A DNA stretch of 64,000 nt from Ophelia neglecta (lineage: Eukaryota): positions 55,242,001 to 55,306,000 of the forward strand of contig OZ260665.1 in the NCBI GenBank assembly GCA_965285935.1. Reading direction: 5' to 3'. The position numbers and the translations under genes are program-made. The notes under the pieces are model-generated. The model saw only the letters and a program-made list of their open reading frames with translations, did no database searches and was not told the origin of the DNA. This document shows positions 14,301-27,708 of the stretch, one piece after another. Each line of letters begins with the position of its first letter. Within the stretch, counting starts at the first letter, position 1.

Positions 14301-17300
14301 CACTATACCAAAACACACGCAGTGGTCACAGCTAGTTTCACATTGCAGCGAAAGCCCAACTTACGAACCTCACCGTACCATGATTTGTTTATTTGTGGCT
14401 GCACGATGAAGACTCACGCACCTTACCACTAAACATACAACATTAATAACCATGATTTTCCATGAAACAATAAGCAGCATGAGTATAAGGCTTTTACTTG
14501 GTACCACGTATTAACACAATATTATATGCCTAGTTCTTCAGCAATTCAGCGTTATTTCAAACCAATTAACCATAAAAAGTTCCGATCATTGACAAACTTA
14601 AATATATCTGTTCCGATGCTATATGACCCGGGGTAAAGAAGAAATCGTAGTTTCTTTCCAATAATTTGCTTAAAGTTAGCTACACAGCACTGTGAATAGT
14701 TGAATAAATATGGGTTCTCATCGTAAAAATACAACTGCTCCTATCAAAAATTAGCACTTAATCTTTTACAATGAAAATAATGCTTTAAAATGATTATGTA
14801 AACCATTATGAAATATGTCGTAATATAAAGCAAAAAGCAGTGATATTTCGATCGACCTTCTAGGCCTAGGCACGTCGTTATTTTGGCTGCGCATGTAACA
14901 CATTTGCACGGTAAGTGTATTTTAAGATTTCATTTATACAGTATAATAAGTCTTTTATTGAAATGACGCGCTTTACAAGCCCATAACCAGGCTGGAAAAT
15001 AAATAAGGCCAAATATATACACTGACATACCCTTGGGCGCTGTAAAATAATGAACAAATTATTATTACAAAGTACTCATTTTTCTATTGTATAGCTGTCC
15101 CTGTTAAATTGTCACACACAGAACCTCATTATACATAAAGAACAACGGAGGTAGAGAGGTAGCGTTTCCGTTTGAAGTTACTCACTCTTCCGTGGGCTGG
15201 AACCAGGTCTGTTCCTATGCTCCCACACTGACCCGGCTGAGCAGTGTCGATAACTGCGCGCTTAGATAAACACGGGCCAAGATATCCCAGACTGAGAAAA
15301 AAAACATAAATGTGTTACATTTGCTTACAGGATGTCGTCTGATTACATCTAAGAGTTATGAGAGACTGTCACTGGAAGTAGGCTAATTACTGCACATTTT
15401 TTTGACTTTAAGGCCGACATCGGGCGGGTCTACCAGAGTTACACTTATTACTATAGTTTCGCCCGATGTCACTAACTTCATGCGTAAGTACAGATACGCA
15501 TGTGTTCAACACAACTTCGGGCTCAACTCTAATTAATATATACGTATTAATCCAACACGACCAGACTTACCTTTCTAGTAGAGTAGGACTTCCGAGATCG
15601 ATGGGGTTGTCCCCGTGGGTGAGAGTCCTGGCGATGATGTAACCACACGAAAACTCACAGTGCGGTCCATCCAAAACCTGTCTCATGTGTCTAATTCTAT
15701 CTTCCATTTCGTCAGAATCCATTTCGTCAGAATCTTTTGTTGATCATGAAGATGAATCATTGAATTAACTGAATAAGGTTCGATTGCTAATGAACATATG
15801 TTTCTTTAAAAAGAAATCAGTTCATTTATACGAATGTCTAAGAATAATGTAGGATAATAGATAAGAACAACATACTGCTCAACAGTGTAACCCACATTGA
15901 TTACATATTTCATTCAAAACATGAAAATACATTACGTCTAATGCTAGATAGTTAGATTTCGCGTTTATTTTCTCTTTCACAGTTATCAATACATATTCGC
16001 AATTTTGTAAGGAATCTACACCTCCCACAGCATGCAGCCTGCCTGTTACAGTCCGTCACACGAGCAAGAGTTGGCGTTAATATTGTAAAATGGACACTTA
16101 CCCCCGGGCTCGGATACACCCATCATTCCACGCATCCTATCATCCAGTGAATCTTCAAGGTCTTCCATGCGGTCTTTCTTCGGGCCACACTTAAAAGGCA
16201 ACTCAGCAAGAGTCTCGATACCGATTCGTAGTAGCTATAGAATAGAATCATGAACTGGATTCGTATTTGACTAATGTCACTCAATAATCTACTTTATACA
16301 TTTGTTCACGTTATATACCGCTATCATTTTCAAGGTGCAGGCTAAGTCAGAACCTATACCTGCATTATGTATCCAGCTGTTAGGGTTTTTGGTGAAAGAA
16401 GAACAATAATTTTAAGCTCCGTTAATCATTTTATAGCTGCATGCAAGTTGACGGGTATAATTAAATGATTGTTTGGAAACTAAGATTCAGCACTCACCAA
16501 GGATTGTGACAGAGAAGCACATAGTCTTGGAGGAAAGTAGGGAAGGAACGGTAGAATATCGTCTTGTGTAAGCATTTGACCTTGAATTAAAGAACCCAGA
16601 GTCGTCTGTCCAAGTTTCTGCACAACCGCCTCAGCAATGAGTTGGAGTTTATCACATCGAGTTAACATGAGCAGGTCGGCCTGATCTCGGAAGGTCTTCA
16701 GGCTGTATACAAGCAAGTGGACGCACATGAATACATGTTGAAATAGCAGACGGCTGAAAGCAGCATACTTTGCTTTTCCACACATAAAACAATAGTTCTT
16801 CAACATATGCTACTTTTACTGGACCAAGCTAAACAGTAAATTATCTTCTTATAAAAAGTGTACATACATAGCAGCGTGGGAGGCAAAACTCAATATTTAG
16901 ATGAAGATGGAGTGTAAGTTTGAGATTGTTTAGAAAAAACTACACCGAAATGTAAAATATAGCAGGCTCTGTATTGGCAAAACTATGACTGCAATTGAAA
17001 TCTATTATCACAGTTTTTTAATAAATTGCATATAATTCATAAATGAAGCATCAGAAAAGGACACAAGGTAGAAGCAATCCAAACCGACTGCAGAAATAAC
17101 CAAGGTTACTTAATGAAACCAAGTTTTATCCCACTCAAAATTGTCACACTGATTTCTACACAAATCGCTTTCTCTATCTCAATAGTCTATTAAATTTTAA
17201 TATGCATTTGGTCTCCTGTTACTTTAAAATGCCTGCACCCTAGAGCGCTGGTTAGGGGCAGGTTAAACCAGTCAATACAGGTAAATACACGGTTATTCAG

Positions 17301-20300
17301 CTACACATCCGCAATTTAAATAGACCTAGCTGCGGCTCGTGTACAACCCACTAATCAGAACCTCCAAAATCCATATTATTAATTACTGAGGAGGGCCGTA
17401 GTTAGGAAAAAGGAAAATATAGCAACAAGCAATTGTAACAATTCGGAAAACACTCGCGCCTACCAAATAGATACATCTTTGGAAACACTCACAATGCTAA
17501 AAACTCTACCAGGTTCATGTCATGTAGTTTTCTTCTGAGAATGTTATTGTTCAGGAAGAGGAATGTGACCGGCGGCAGGTCGGCTGTCGGGCAATGAAGT
17601 TTGCTGATCAAATCACTGTAGAATCCTACGAATTCACTTTTCACACACTGGAACCCATTAAACATAAAAATAAACCAAGGTTCTGCTTGTCGTCAGCAAT
17701 TGGAAAATACTGTATTCAAGTATATCGATTTAATTTTTGACTAGTCGTATATCAATTGTCATGTTTGTGATGTGGCATAACATTTTATCTGTAGCTCAAT
17801 CATACTTACATCGTCACCTTGCGAAGCTAGTAAATTTATTACTAGCTCACAAATATTGTCCCTGTTAAGGCAGTGTAGGAGAGCTTTAGTTTTCTCAACT
17901 TGTCCGCCTATTTCACAAACGGTTTCTTTGACCTGGGCTACTGTGCAGGTACCTTGCTTAAACTGGAAGTAAACGAAATTAGTTTAATCAGACGATCTTT
18001 AAACAGGTTAACAAAACGACATTACTTACATGCGGACATGATGTTCATTACATTTCATTTGACCAAGTATTCTGCAATAATTACATTAGAAATATTAGGC
18101 TCACAGATAGGCATACAACACTATTTATTATATAACATATATGATTATATTTAAAAGATTCCTTTCTGGTTCATGACATGGTATACACAATTTTTAACAC
18201 TGGTTATAAAATTTGAGGAAAAAGCCGTAGACAAACATGAAATAATGCGGCCATAATAATCACTATAGTATAAAATATAATAATGCCAAAAGATTAATGA
18301 TACCTTAAAACTAATGGGAAAACGGCAGTAATTAATCAAAGAAATGTACATATAACGAAACAATTAATTAATTATCACGGTTTATAATTTGTGAACACTC
18401 CAAGATCTCGACCAATTATCGAAACAAAACAATCTAGATCCCATTAAATACATAGCGTATGAATAAACGATCCTTTTCACTGAACATCTGAATCAAAAAA
18501 TTAATCTTGTGTTCTGAGGGAATCTGAGGGAATATTAAATTCATCCAACTTTTCTAGAAAGAAAATCATCCACTGAAGGGGGGGGGGGGCTTGAAATTGT
18601 CCGAGGAATAACGTTTAATAGGCAGCCTCAAAGTTTATGCCCTATCCAATATTATTTCAATAAACGCAATTTTTGACGCTATCGTTGCAATCTGAACACG
18701 ACCTACCATTGCTGATATACGGCGGAAACATGGAGCTGGTATGTCTCCAATGTGTGGCAACAAGTCAACTGCTGTCTTAGTCCCGGCAATCAACTCGCGC
18801 ATTAGCAATTTTATGTCATCTGGAATATCACTGCGATGGAATGCATATATTAAAATTCAAATGAAAGATCATTCCTGTTGTTTGTAATAATTTGGTTCAA
18901 TAGTTAACAGCTGGTCATAACTATATACAAGTTATATGAACATCGTTAACATATATATTTTTTAGGTACCACATGAAAAATTCTGAATATAATAAAATAT
19001 GCTATCCGCAATACTACAACAGAACCCATTTGCCCCATCCATTGATAATTTAAACGATCTAAGGAAATGTTTTGGAATTTAGTTTAAAACAACGAGAGTT
19101 TAGTTTTAAATGAATAAGCTTGTGACTTACTCGAAAGGACACCCACCTGAAGAAGAAAAAGCGAGAAACTGTGTCATAGTATAGATAATTTATACAACAG
19201 ACAAATGTTCATGTCGAAAGGAAAAGCAGTTATAAACAATCGGAGCGAGCAAAATATACCAAGTTTGATTGCTTCACTAGGAAGGAACTTTACGAATGAT
19301 ATTCTCCAACCATTGACTATGTCATGTGCAATGCATATATGTTTTCTGTATTATAATTCTATTCTGTTTTTATCATAAAATGTCTGTAACCTTTTACCAG
19401 TTGGAATGCAGGAACAATTTAGAGAAAATTATATGTCACTGAAGTTAATTTCTGACGGAAATTACTAATAAATAAATGAGTATGATATGATATGAAGTAA
19501 ACTATATTAAAATCCTTACGATTGTCGTCATCGGGATATGGTGCCTTGTCCCCATCGGGCCTTCCAACAGGGTTTGGTTGTGGTCCCCTATCGGTCGCAT
19601 TTCCTCTTTGGCCCCCATCCGGTCTTCCGTCTGGGCGTTGAGCTTGAAAGAAAGAGTGGACGAGATTCAATTTTTATGTGCTAGATTGTACCTGTGTTAT
19701 GATTACTTTTCTTTAATGAAGAAACACGCATATATCTGTTCAATAAGTAACGTTCACGTTTTTGATCGTTGGTATTTCCAGTGCAATAGCCTTACACCGG
19801 TACATTGGGCAAACCAAAGTTCAAATCAAAAGTAATCAATTGCTGTCAGTGCTTTAAGACAATAAGAAGGAGCCATTCATCACGCACACACACACACACA
19901 TACACACAAGGAATCAAAAAACGAATTATCACTGTCCGCAGTCAAATGAAATCGTATCATAGTTATATGTTTAGCATTTAGTTGAAATCGAAAGGAAAAC
20001 CACGATTACTTTTGTATGTAAAACCGAGGAAATTCAATAGATATGCATAAATTATATTCATAAAACAGATTTGCTTTTCAACTAAAATTATTAACCTTCA
20101 TAATTAAGGTAAATATACACAGAGTCCTTCGTATATTTTTCACATTTGACATAAAAGTACCAACTATTATAATACGCATAGATAATCAGTTCAAAAATGA
20201 CACATTTCGCTCATTACCGGTGTGTTATAACCAGCTATGTAACCGTTTGGACAGGAGAGAGTGTCAATAAATCTTGATCTATAAGATAAACTCTCCTCAT

Positions 20301-20930
20301 AGTAGACCTGTTCTCACCATAAAGGAGGCATTTTTGTCACAAACATTGTGGTGATGTAAAAAATTAAGATGTATTGGCATAACTAACCAAGACAGTCAAA
20401 CCACAGGCTGAGTATAGTCAAATAAATGTAACCAAAATTCTATTAAATACATAAGTTATTTTTTATTTTCAACACTATTGACTTGTTGAAAAAACACCAT
20501 TCAAACATTTCTATCTGATGGTGATATGCACGCCTAGATGACACACTGACATTCAAGTAACCGACATTCAAGCCGTATGGACCCATATAATGTGGCAGGC
20601 TACCTCGTATGATCACTTTTTACTTCAAAACACAATAATGAATGAGATAAGGACATTGCATATCAGGGTTTCTATATGAATTGACAAAAGTATGGTTTTT
20701 ACATCATAAAGTAAAGTAGGCGAATCATTTCACACGGGCGAGAGGAATTAATCACTCAAATTTGTACTGTGTTGATGGGGTCAATAAAGCTCCGCTCTCC
20801 TGCCCTCGGGTATGCATAATGAACTTCGCTTTAATGCAATTATTGATATTTCCCTTTTAGTGATTGTGAACGTATTACCTGATGCAAGCGCCAGTGTGGC
20901 CAGCAGACAGCATGCTTCATTTAACCTCAT
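5303..20930 (-). CDS. Otoancorin/stereocilin/mesothelin-superfamily secreted GPI-anchored protein, ~1198 aa, 26 coding exons
   Basis: Exons in transcript order: 20930-20879, 19642-19520, 19146-19131, 18830-18707, 17647-17493, 16702-16498, 16234-16102, 15733-15571, 15291-15186, 14103-13909, 13473-13249, 12667-12494, 11472-11405, 11216-11093, 10792-10671, 10466-10346, 10017-9821, 9666-9570, 8906-8699, 8574-8399, 8253-8095, 8007-7862, 7088-6940, 6695-6598, 6479-6287, 5370-5303. All GT-AG and phase-consistent, sum 3597 nt with no stop. Signal peptide MRLNEACCLLATLALASA. Repeated helical units such as MTVDDVQAMGCAVLGLSKKELDEIP, LTEEDVDALGKAL, LVSLGHFLCGLTVDQIKQI and YGRVSDWDASVYREIGIILAGLS. C-terminal GPI-type signal SSTAMKAGFGIILSVVSILLLI*. 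Family call is from motif recognition, not a database search. Confidence 0.82.
11630..12380 (-). mobile_element. Degenerate 3' end of a LINE (CR1/L2 group) in an intron of the otoancorin-like gene
   Basis: Minus-strand remnant reading LAEYFS...NQTDIHNNST resembles the LPLYF...[11 protein letters not shown]-terminus of the LINE at 47.8 kb. Short inverted repeat gatgactcac/gtgagtcacc near 11756-11803, and an AATAAA-like end with tttga repeats near 11630-11660. Boundaries approximate. Confidence 0.35.
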
Positions 20931-23900
20931 GACTGTAGGCTGAAAAAGAAAAGACATAAGTACCATCAAATTTAAACTGAAAACAATGGTTAGGAATCAT
21001 TGAGTATGATTATCCATGAAAACATGTTACAATTCCTACTGGGAAGAGTGCCCTCTAAACCTTTCGTGGCTTATCTTTTTTAACGGTAAAATGTGTTTAA
21101 CTTCCAGTATTTGGGTAGACCTATGGTGTTAATGGTATATAATTTGAAGGTAAAATAATGGAATCAATATAAGCAAACCAATTTTAAAGGCTAGACTGGC
21201 ACTCATTTATATTTCAAGATGTTTCTATTGCTATATTGATTGTGAATACATGACATTTCCTGCTTCACCATGTCTCTATACAGGTATGCACACAAAAGCT
21301 ATACAACATATATTTTTACATAACTTTTTAAACCCATTATGATAGTCTTCTATAACTAATAAGTTCGCGAACTGGTTATATAGCTTATAATAATTTCAAG
21401 CATTGCATAAGCATTCTATATTTCAGCGTAATGGAAACTACAGTATATGCTAGATATTTAGTTATGTCCTTAATAAGTTCAACTGAGGTTAAATATATTT
21501 TCTATGCCGCAGGTCACACTATGATGGAGAGGTAGTATCAAACCGTTTATCACCCGGCTTTTATATTGTTCTTATGAGGGAATCTTTGCAATAAATCGTA
21601 TGGCTGACCGCACATGTAAAAAGTCCCAAATGCTGCTGAAAATAGAAATATTAGGAGACTGAGAATGTTGTAGTATGATGGCGCGATGACGATAGAGCCT
21701 TCCTTAACAAAGCGTTGTGTTGTGAACCGATTTGATCGGTCACGACACAGACGTGCTACATGTATGACACAGGTCCCTACCACTTGCCGACAACACCCAT
21801 CCCACTAGGGACCAAACAAGGCGATTTGGAACCTCAAGTTGGTAAAATATACAAGTGGAAATAAGGAAGTAACCTTATTGAATCACGTTGTGTGTCGACA
21901 AGAATAAATATTTACTTGTAATTTTACATAAAATTTTAATGTCTCTTTTCATATTTTGAATGCAAATATCTCACTGGTGTATGAATTAGATCACAGCTAT
22001 CCGCCTACCACAGCCAGTGCATATATAGAAGCCACTGAATGATAGTCCATCTTATCCGATAAACCGCAGGTAGACTACATGCAATATTGCCCAATTAATG
22101 TTAATTTGAATGTGTAGGTGACACATTACTATTTTGAATGTGTTTTTCGCCTGGCCAGAAACATTGTTATATTTTATTCTCGGTTTATGCTAGGTTGAGA
22201 CTAGGTGGACTGAGTGGGACTACATTCTAATGACTAAGCCTCCATAATAGGGCGTCCCTTCAATTTTCTGTCATTCTGTTTGATCAATGTTGCGAGTTTT
22301 TCAGCACAAAAGACTCCTCCACAATGCATCTCGCTATGCACAGACCTGCCAGTATGCATGATGCTATTGAATATCCCTAAATGACGATCAATAGATTATA
22401 GCAGGTAATGCATGTGTGACGATCCTTTGAGGTCACCTTTAATCAAGAACTTTAAAAACGGTTTCACCACTTTACAAAAACTCAACACCAAAATATTAAC
22501 GAGTTCAAACAATATTTGAAGAACCAAACATCAATGCTTGATGCAAAATAAGGTTCGCAATTATGTTATGTTAGAAGATCTCCAGATTTGTCTGAATAAA
22601 ATGCAGCCAGAGATTTTAAAATATCCATGTTGTGGACTTTTTTTTCAATTGTTCTTGGTAAATTTTAATGCAAAGCAGATATAATAAATATACTATATTC
22701 TGACCATGCTTACTTTTGTTCAAGCAGTCATTATAATGACATTATAATGTTCTCTAATTGCACATAATTTGGCATAGTTTAACACCATTTAATTACAGAA
22801 CCAGAGATGCCAAACAAACTATTATGAGTGTTCCTGAATATCATTCAAGGTTTGCTCACCATTAGGGTGGGACCACCTGATCATGAATCATAGCTGTCGT
22901 TCAATCAAATCAATATGTAATTCTCATGAGAATGTTGTTTTCTAAGCAGGCAATAAGGCCTAAGACCCTTTGCAAAAGGAATTATTGAAAGTGTCGGCAG
23001 GCGTATATGTACGATATATACCATACACTTTCATGTAAAATCGCTTGTGTCGGCTTGGTTAACTTGAGAGATAATGAACGATTCATGCACGCTAAAAACA
23101 TACTAGCAAATCCCCAACTGTCGTTTTGATCTTTCTACCGACCGAGGTATACCAAGAAATTGTTCCTGCCATAACCGCGTGGATGCCATAGACCGGCTAG
23201 CAGTGCCAATATTGCCATTGATTTACCTGTGTGCAGCCGGCAAGCGGCAAAAAGGTGTCGGCCTGAGACAGAAAAAAGCCTGAAATACCGTGTCAGGTGT
23301 CCTCCTAATTGGTGTGTATTTGACAAGTGTTTGGCGAGACAGTTTATATATTTCATTAGCAATTAATAGCAGAATGGCATGTAAAGGTCCGCGTGTTTAC
23401 CATTAACTGCACACCTAAACACGTCGGGAACCCACGGACCTTGACAATTGTTTATGTCGAGAAGTGAAGCCATAGCAAGTGAATTAAGGCGTTTCAGCTC
23501 CCAGATCTTCATAATAAACCAGCGACCCTAAGCTGAATGTTAGCTGTTATTAGTATTATAGTGTTCACGTATTTACAGTATGGATGGCTGAATAATTGAT
23601 GAATAACGATACTAATAACTTACCACTGTACAATCAACCATAGGACGTCTGGCCTGTAAGGAATGTTAATTCAAACTGCTGATCAGATTTGAAGGTTCTG
23701 TCAGACACAGCTGAGTGACCCCAAGTCACGAACTGGCCTACATTTGCATACCAGTACAACCAATGGATGCGCTCCGCCGAATCTAGAACCACGAAGCTTC
23801 GTAACTATGACCCGACTGACTCAAAGGCAGAGGCAGGGAGTTGTCAACAATGATATTGAATATACGGAAATTACTCAGGCATGGTCAATTCTGCATTCTT

Positions 23901-25413
23901 ACAAAAGGGAAAATATCATTAAATTTTAATTCACAAACTTCCATTAATAATGTGTTTGTGCAATTCATGGAAAATTGATCCCCTGATTAAACACTTTCTG
24001 AAATCACATTTGAATAAATTAATATACAGGTCTAATATCATGTTAATATAACAATGCTATCTGATCAGGCACATCTTTATTATTATTGTGCGGCCAGAGT
24101 AATATCAACGCTGCATTTGGTATTATTGTGTCACGAGCTCGCCGCACAATAATACTGATTGCAAATTTGATATTTCTGTTTATCAGCATCTCCGCCTTAA
24201 TTAAAGTCTTCCCAAGCTTGAGTATATCATACATTTTTCTGGTCTGAAGAGAGGTTCTATGAAATTATTCTGATATCCATCTTATTAAAATAACACTTTT
24301 TAAAGCGTAATATGGCGATGTCATTGTTTTTAATACGATACAAATATCGAAAGAGAGGCTGCCTTAAGTAACATCACTCTGGCCTCCTCGACTGTCATAA
24401 ATACGTTGTGGTGTCATATATTATAGTGGTTAATTTTAACATTTTATGTAAGAAATATAACAGTTAAAACAGTAAAAGTTACATCACAACACGCTTAGGG
24501 ACCACACAGAATGTATCCGCCAATAAACAGACTATAGCTGTTTCCAACCAACTCGAAATCATGACGCAAAATAAGTCTTGACAATCATATCAGTAGTACT
24601 GGTACTACTATTAGGATCATCCAAAACCATGTCCTTATTGCAGCTCATCCTGAGTCAAAAGACATAATACAGCAATGTCCGACATATACTGACGTATAAT
24701 TTGAAATTCTGCTTGAAGGCGATAAAAATTTAAGACCCTCAGCCCTTTGCTGCCCTGCACTCTCGTAATTTTAATTGATAAATATTAAAATGAAAAGGTC
24801 TTAAGCCACTGCATTGTTTAGGTCCACAATTCTATTAAGTTGACTAATTCGAGATATTTTTGTTAAGGCGGTTTATAATATAGATAGTGCTACGGTATGT
24901 TTTAAGTGAACCAATAAGATAATGAACAATGAATCATAGCAATATGCATGCTTTCAAGAAGACAGATTGGCCCTTGACACGCTACTTACTGCACACGACC
25001 TGTGCCCAGGTACAAAGTATTTACTGCGCCAAAAGTCACATACTTACATTGTAGCAAGAAGATGCACGATTTGATCAATTTGCCATAAGATTAGCATGTA
25101 CATGCTAGAAAGAATTGTATGGTGAGTTCCGTGATCGTACAAGTTAAATTTTCATTCATTCATTCAATGCTGGAACCACTAAACTGGGTTTGGTTGTTCC
25201 AGTTCAAAGAGAACAAATTTCATCTAGGAACTTTTACAGTTCACATGTGGTTATCTAGTTATGGTATAACCAATACTATAGACATTAACCACATCGATTC
25301 CAAAGCATCTACTACTTCAACAACAAATGTGGAATAGCAGCACCCAGATACAACGACCAATTTCATTTCATTCTGAGTTTTTGCGGTTTTCAGGTATTTG
25401 AGCTGAGATATGC

Positions 25414-26605
25414 CTTCAGTTGGTGCGGGTGTGGTTGAAGGGGGCCTCGGGCGAGTGGTGTTTTCGCTTGGACCACTCGTCGTTAAGGGAGAATATTGTC
25501 CTAGGTCACACAAAATGGAACATACACAGTAAAGCAACCAACTATATTCATATTTGAAATTAATCATACCTCGCATTACCCCAAATTCTATGAAAAAGGA
25601 ATATATTCCAATTGTACATGGTTTTTGAGATTTTCCTTGAGATTTCAACAGATAGGCGGGAGGGAATCATGGACAGACGCACACGCACATACAGACTCAC
25701 ACCCACACGAACCCACACCCACACAAAGCCGCATGAAAATGAATTTCCGAAAAGAAATAAAAAAACGTACTAAACTGTATATTGATCATTAGCCCAAGAA
25801 TATACGTTTATCCATGCTTAAACCAGCTTGTAACGTTTTTTTTTCGATCACTGGTCAATTGCAAGTATACATCAATGTTATTTGATTGCATAGAATAAAA
25901 CGTCTGTGTTTGAATGAACAATCATGACAAAAGCTAGATGGCCCAATCACTTCTCAATTTCTTTTTCTCTACTGCCCTCTCAGCATTGCTCACCCCTCCT
26001 AGGCATGGGGATGGCATTTATCTAAAGCACATATCATAGTTATTCCTTTAGCTACTTGAGGCCTTTTATACCCTCTATTTTGTATGAAATGCTGGTTTTC
26101 ATCCTTGAATGATTAGCACTCGGGCGCAGTCCCTCGATGGCCTAATGCCATTTGACCAATCGTTAATAAAATTTGATTAAACCATACCAATGATGTGCAT
26201 CTTACATGTCACAAAATGTTGGAAATATCATAAATCCGTGAATCGTTTTGTGAAAGAGCATTAACCTTTGTAATAATGAATATTGTACGGTTAACATAAC
26301 GATTATGTTTGTATATATATAGGCGAGTTACAGTGCAACAAGTTGAAGTAAATATAGTTATTAAAGGTTTAAGGTAAATTGAATCCCGCGTGTATTCTTG
26401 ATGGTCAATCAAGTTAAAGCCCGGCAAACGCGTTATCATAGAGTTTAAATAACCTTCGTAAAAAGATATTTTTCTCTTGAAAGATTATTAGTTAAGTCAA
26501 CAACATTGCATAGCATTTATTATTTTAGTGCATTTAAGCATATGTGAAATTACCTTTTATCTGCACCAGTGCTACTACTAACAAGCAAACCGTGTACATC
26601 TTCAT
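25414..26605 (-). CDS. Orphan N-terminal cassette: signal-peptide exon plus Thr/Pro-rich exon (candidate alternative N-terminus of the otoancorin-like gene, or a truncated paralog)
   Basis: Exon 26614-26554 (acceptor tttacag, ATG at 26605, MKMYTVCLLVVALVQIK-G, donor gtaatt). Exon 25500-25414 (acceptor cctag; GQYSPLTTSGPSENTTRPRPPSTTPAPTE-G; 87 nt, phase 1-1; donor is GC-type AAG|gcatat). No downstream body exons of its own were found before 20939. Confidence 0.55.
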
Positions 26606-27673
26606 GATTCAAGGCTGTAAACAAAAAACAAACACTTATTGATGAGGCTGGATTTAAAAGTCTAACTTCTACTACAGTTTACTACAGTCATGGTTAATGC
26701 TAGCTTTTGCATATATTAACAGAAACTTACAGATTTATTTATGTCATAATGAAAAATAAAATACAATAAAGTTAAGCAAATAAAATAACATTGCTATGAA
26801 AATAGACAATGACCTAAATACCGTTTAGAATCCGCCCATTCAATTAATTTGATTAATTAATATTACCTAAATAAATATATATTTTGGTACCGATAGGTTG
26901 ATGGTATTTTAGATTGTGGGATGTGGAAAGTGATTTGTTAACAAGTCGATACACGAGTATATTTTAGTATATAAAAAAAAACATATAATTTATATAATGC
27001 ACACTAACACATTTCCTTGCATACAAACCTTTTACCTATAAGAACTACAATCATGAGGACGAATGCAAAATAAAATAAGGTTCGTAAACACCAATAAAAT
27101 TATCAATTCATCACTGCTACCTTACAATGCATTGCCAAAGGTGTACATGTATACAGCACAAAGAGACCGGATTCTTGTTTTTTTTTAAACATAAACTGCT
27201 TTCAATAGATGTGGGGTGACCACCATATTCAAGCAGCACATACTGGATTCCCTTTTCAACAGTACATGCAGCTTAAAATCCATGATTTAATGCACCTAAA
27301 TACATGTAGCTTTAAATGTGTTATAACTTTATTGGCCTTAGTTGATTCTTTTTCCCAAAAAGCCTCTTAACACCGGCCACTTGATCTTGACTCCTGTCTT
27401 GAATTAGTAAACTGTAGTTTTAACACGAAACACTTAACCAATTTGGCTGAAAACATTAAACAAATCAAGCCAAGACAGGTTTATTGTAAAATGTACCCTG
27501 CTGATGTTGCAAACATTGGGAACACAATAATAAAATAAATTATATATATATAAACTGTAGGTACAGTATTGTTTACTGACAACAGTGATCGAGTTCATTG
27601 TCAATTTGGGTTGCACTTGTTTCTGCAAAGGCACACTGTGCAGTTAGGACCACTATCATCTTGGTGAAGATGT

Positions 27674-27708
27674 GACTGTCTCGTGCCACTGAACGTAGCC
27701 TATTTAAA
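27674..27708 (-). promoter_or_regulatory. Candidate TATA + Inr core promoter for the upstream cassette
   Basis: Minus-strand TTTAAATA (27708-27701) with a CAGTC initiator-like motif about 31 nt downstream (A at 27677), ~1 kb upstream of the 26614 acceptor. Motif spacing is the only support. Confidence 0.3.

Noticed and set aside
20218-20234. Possible 17-nt microexon (ag|CTGGTTATAACACACCG|gtaatg) in the otoancorin-like gene
   Set aside because: It would break the phase 1-1 join between exons 20879 and 19642, which already fit without it.
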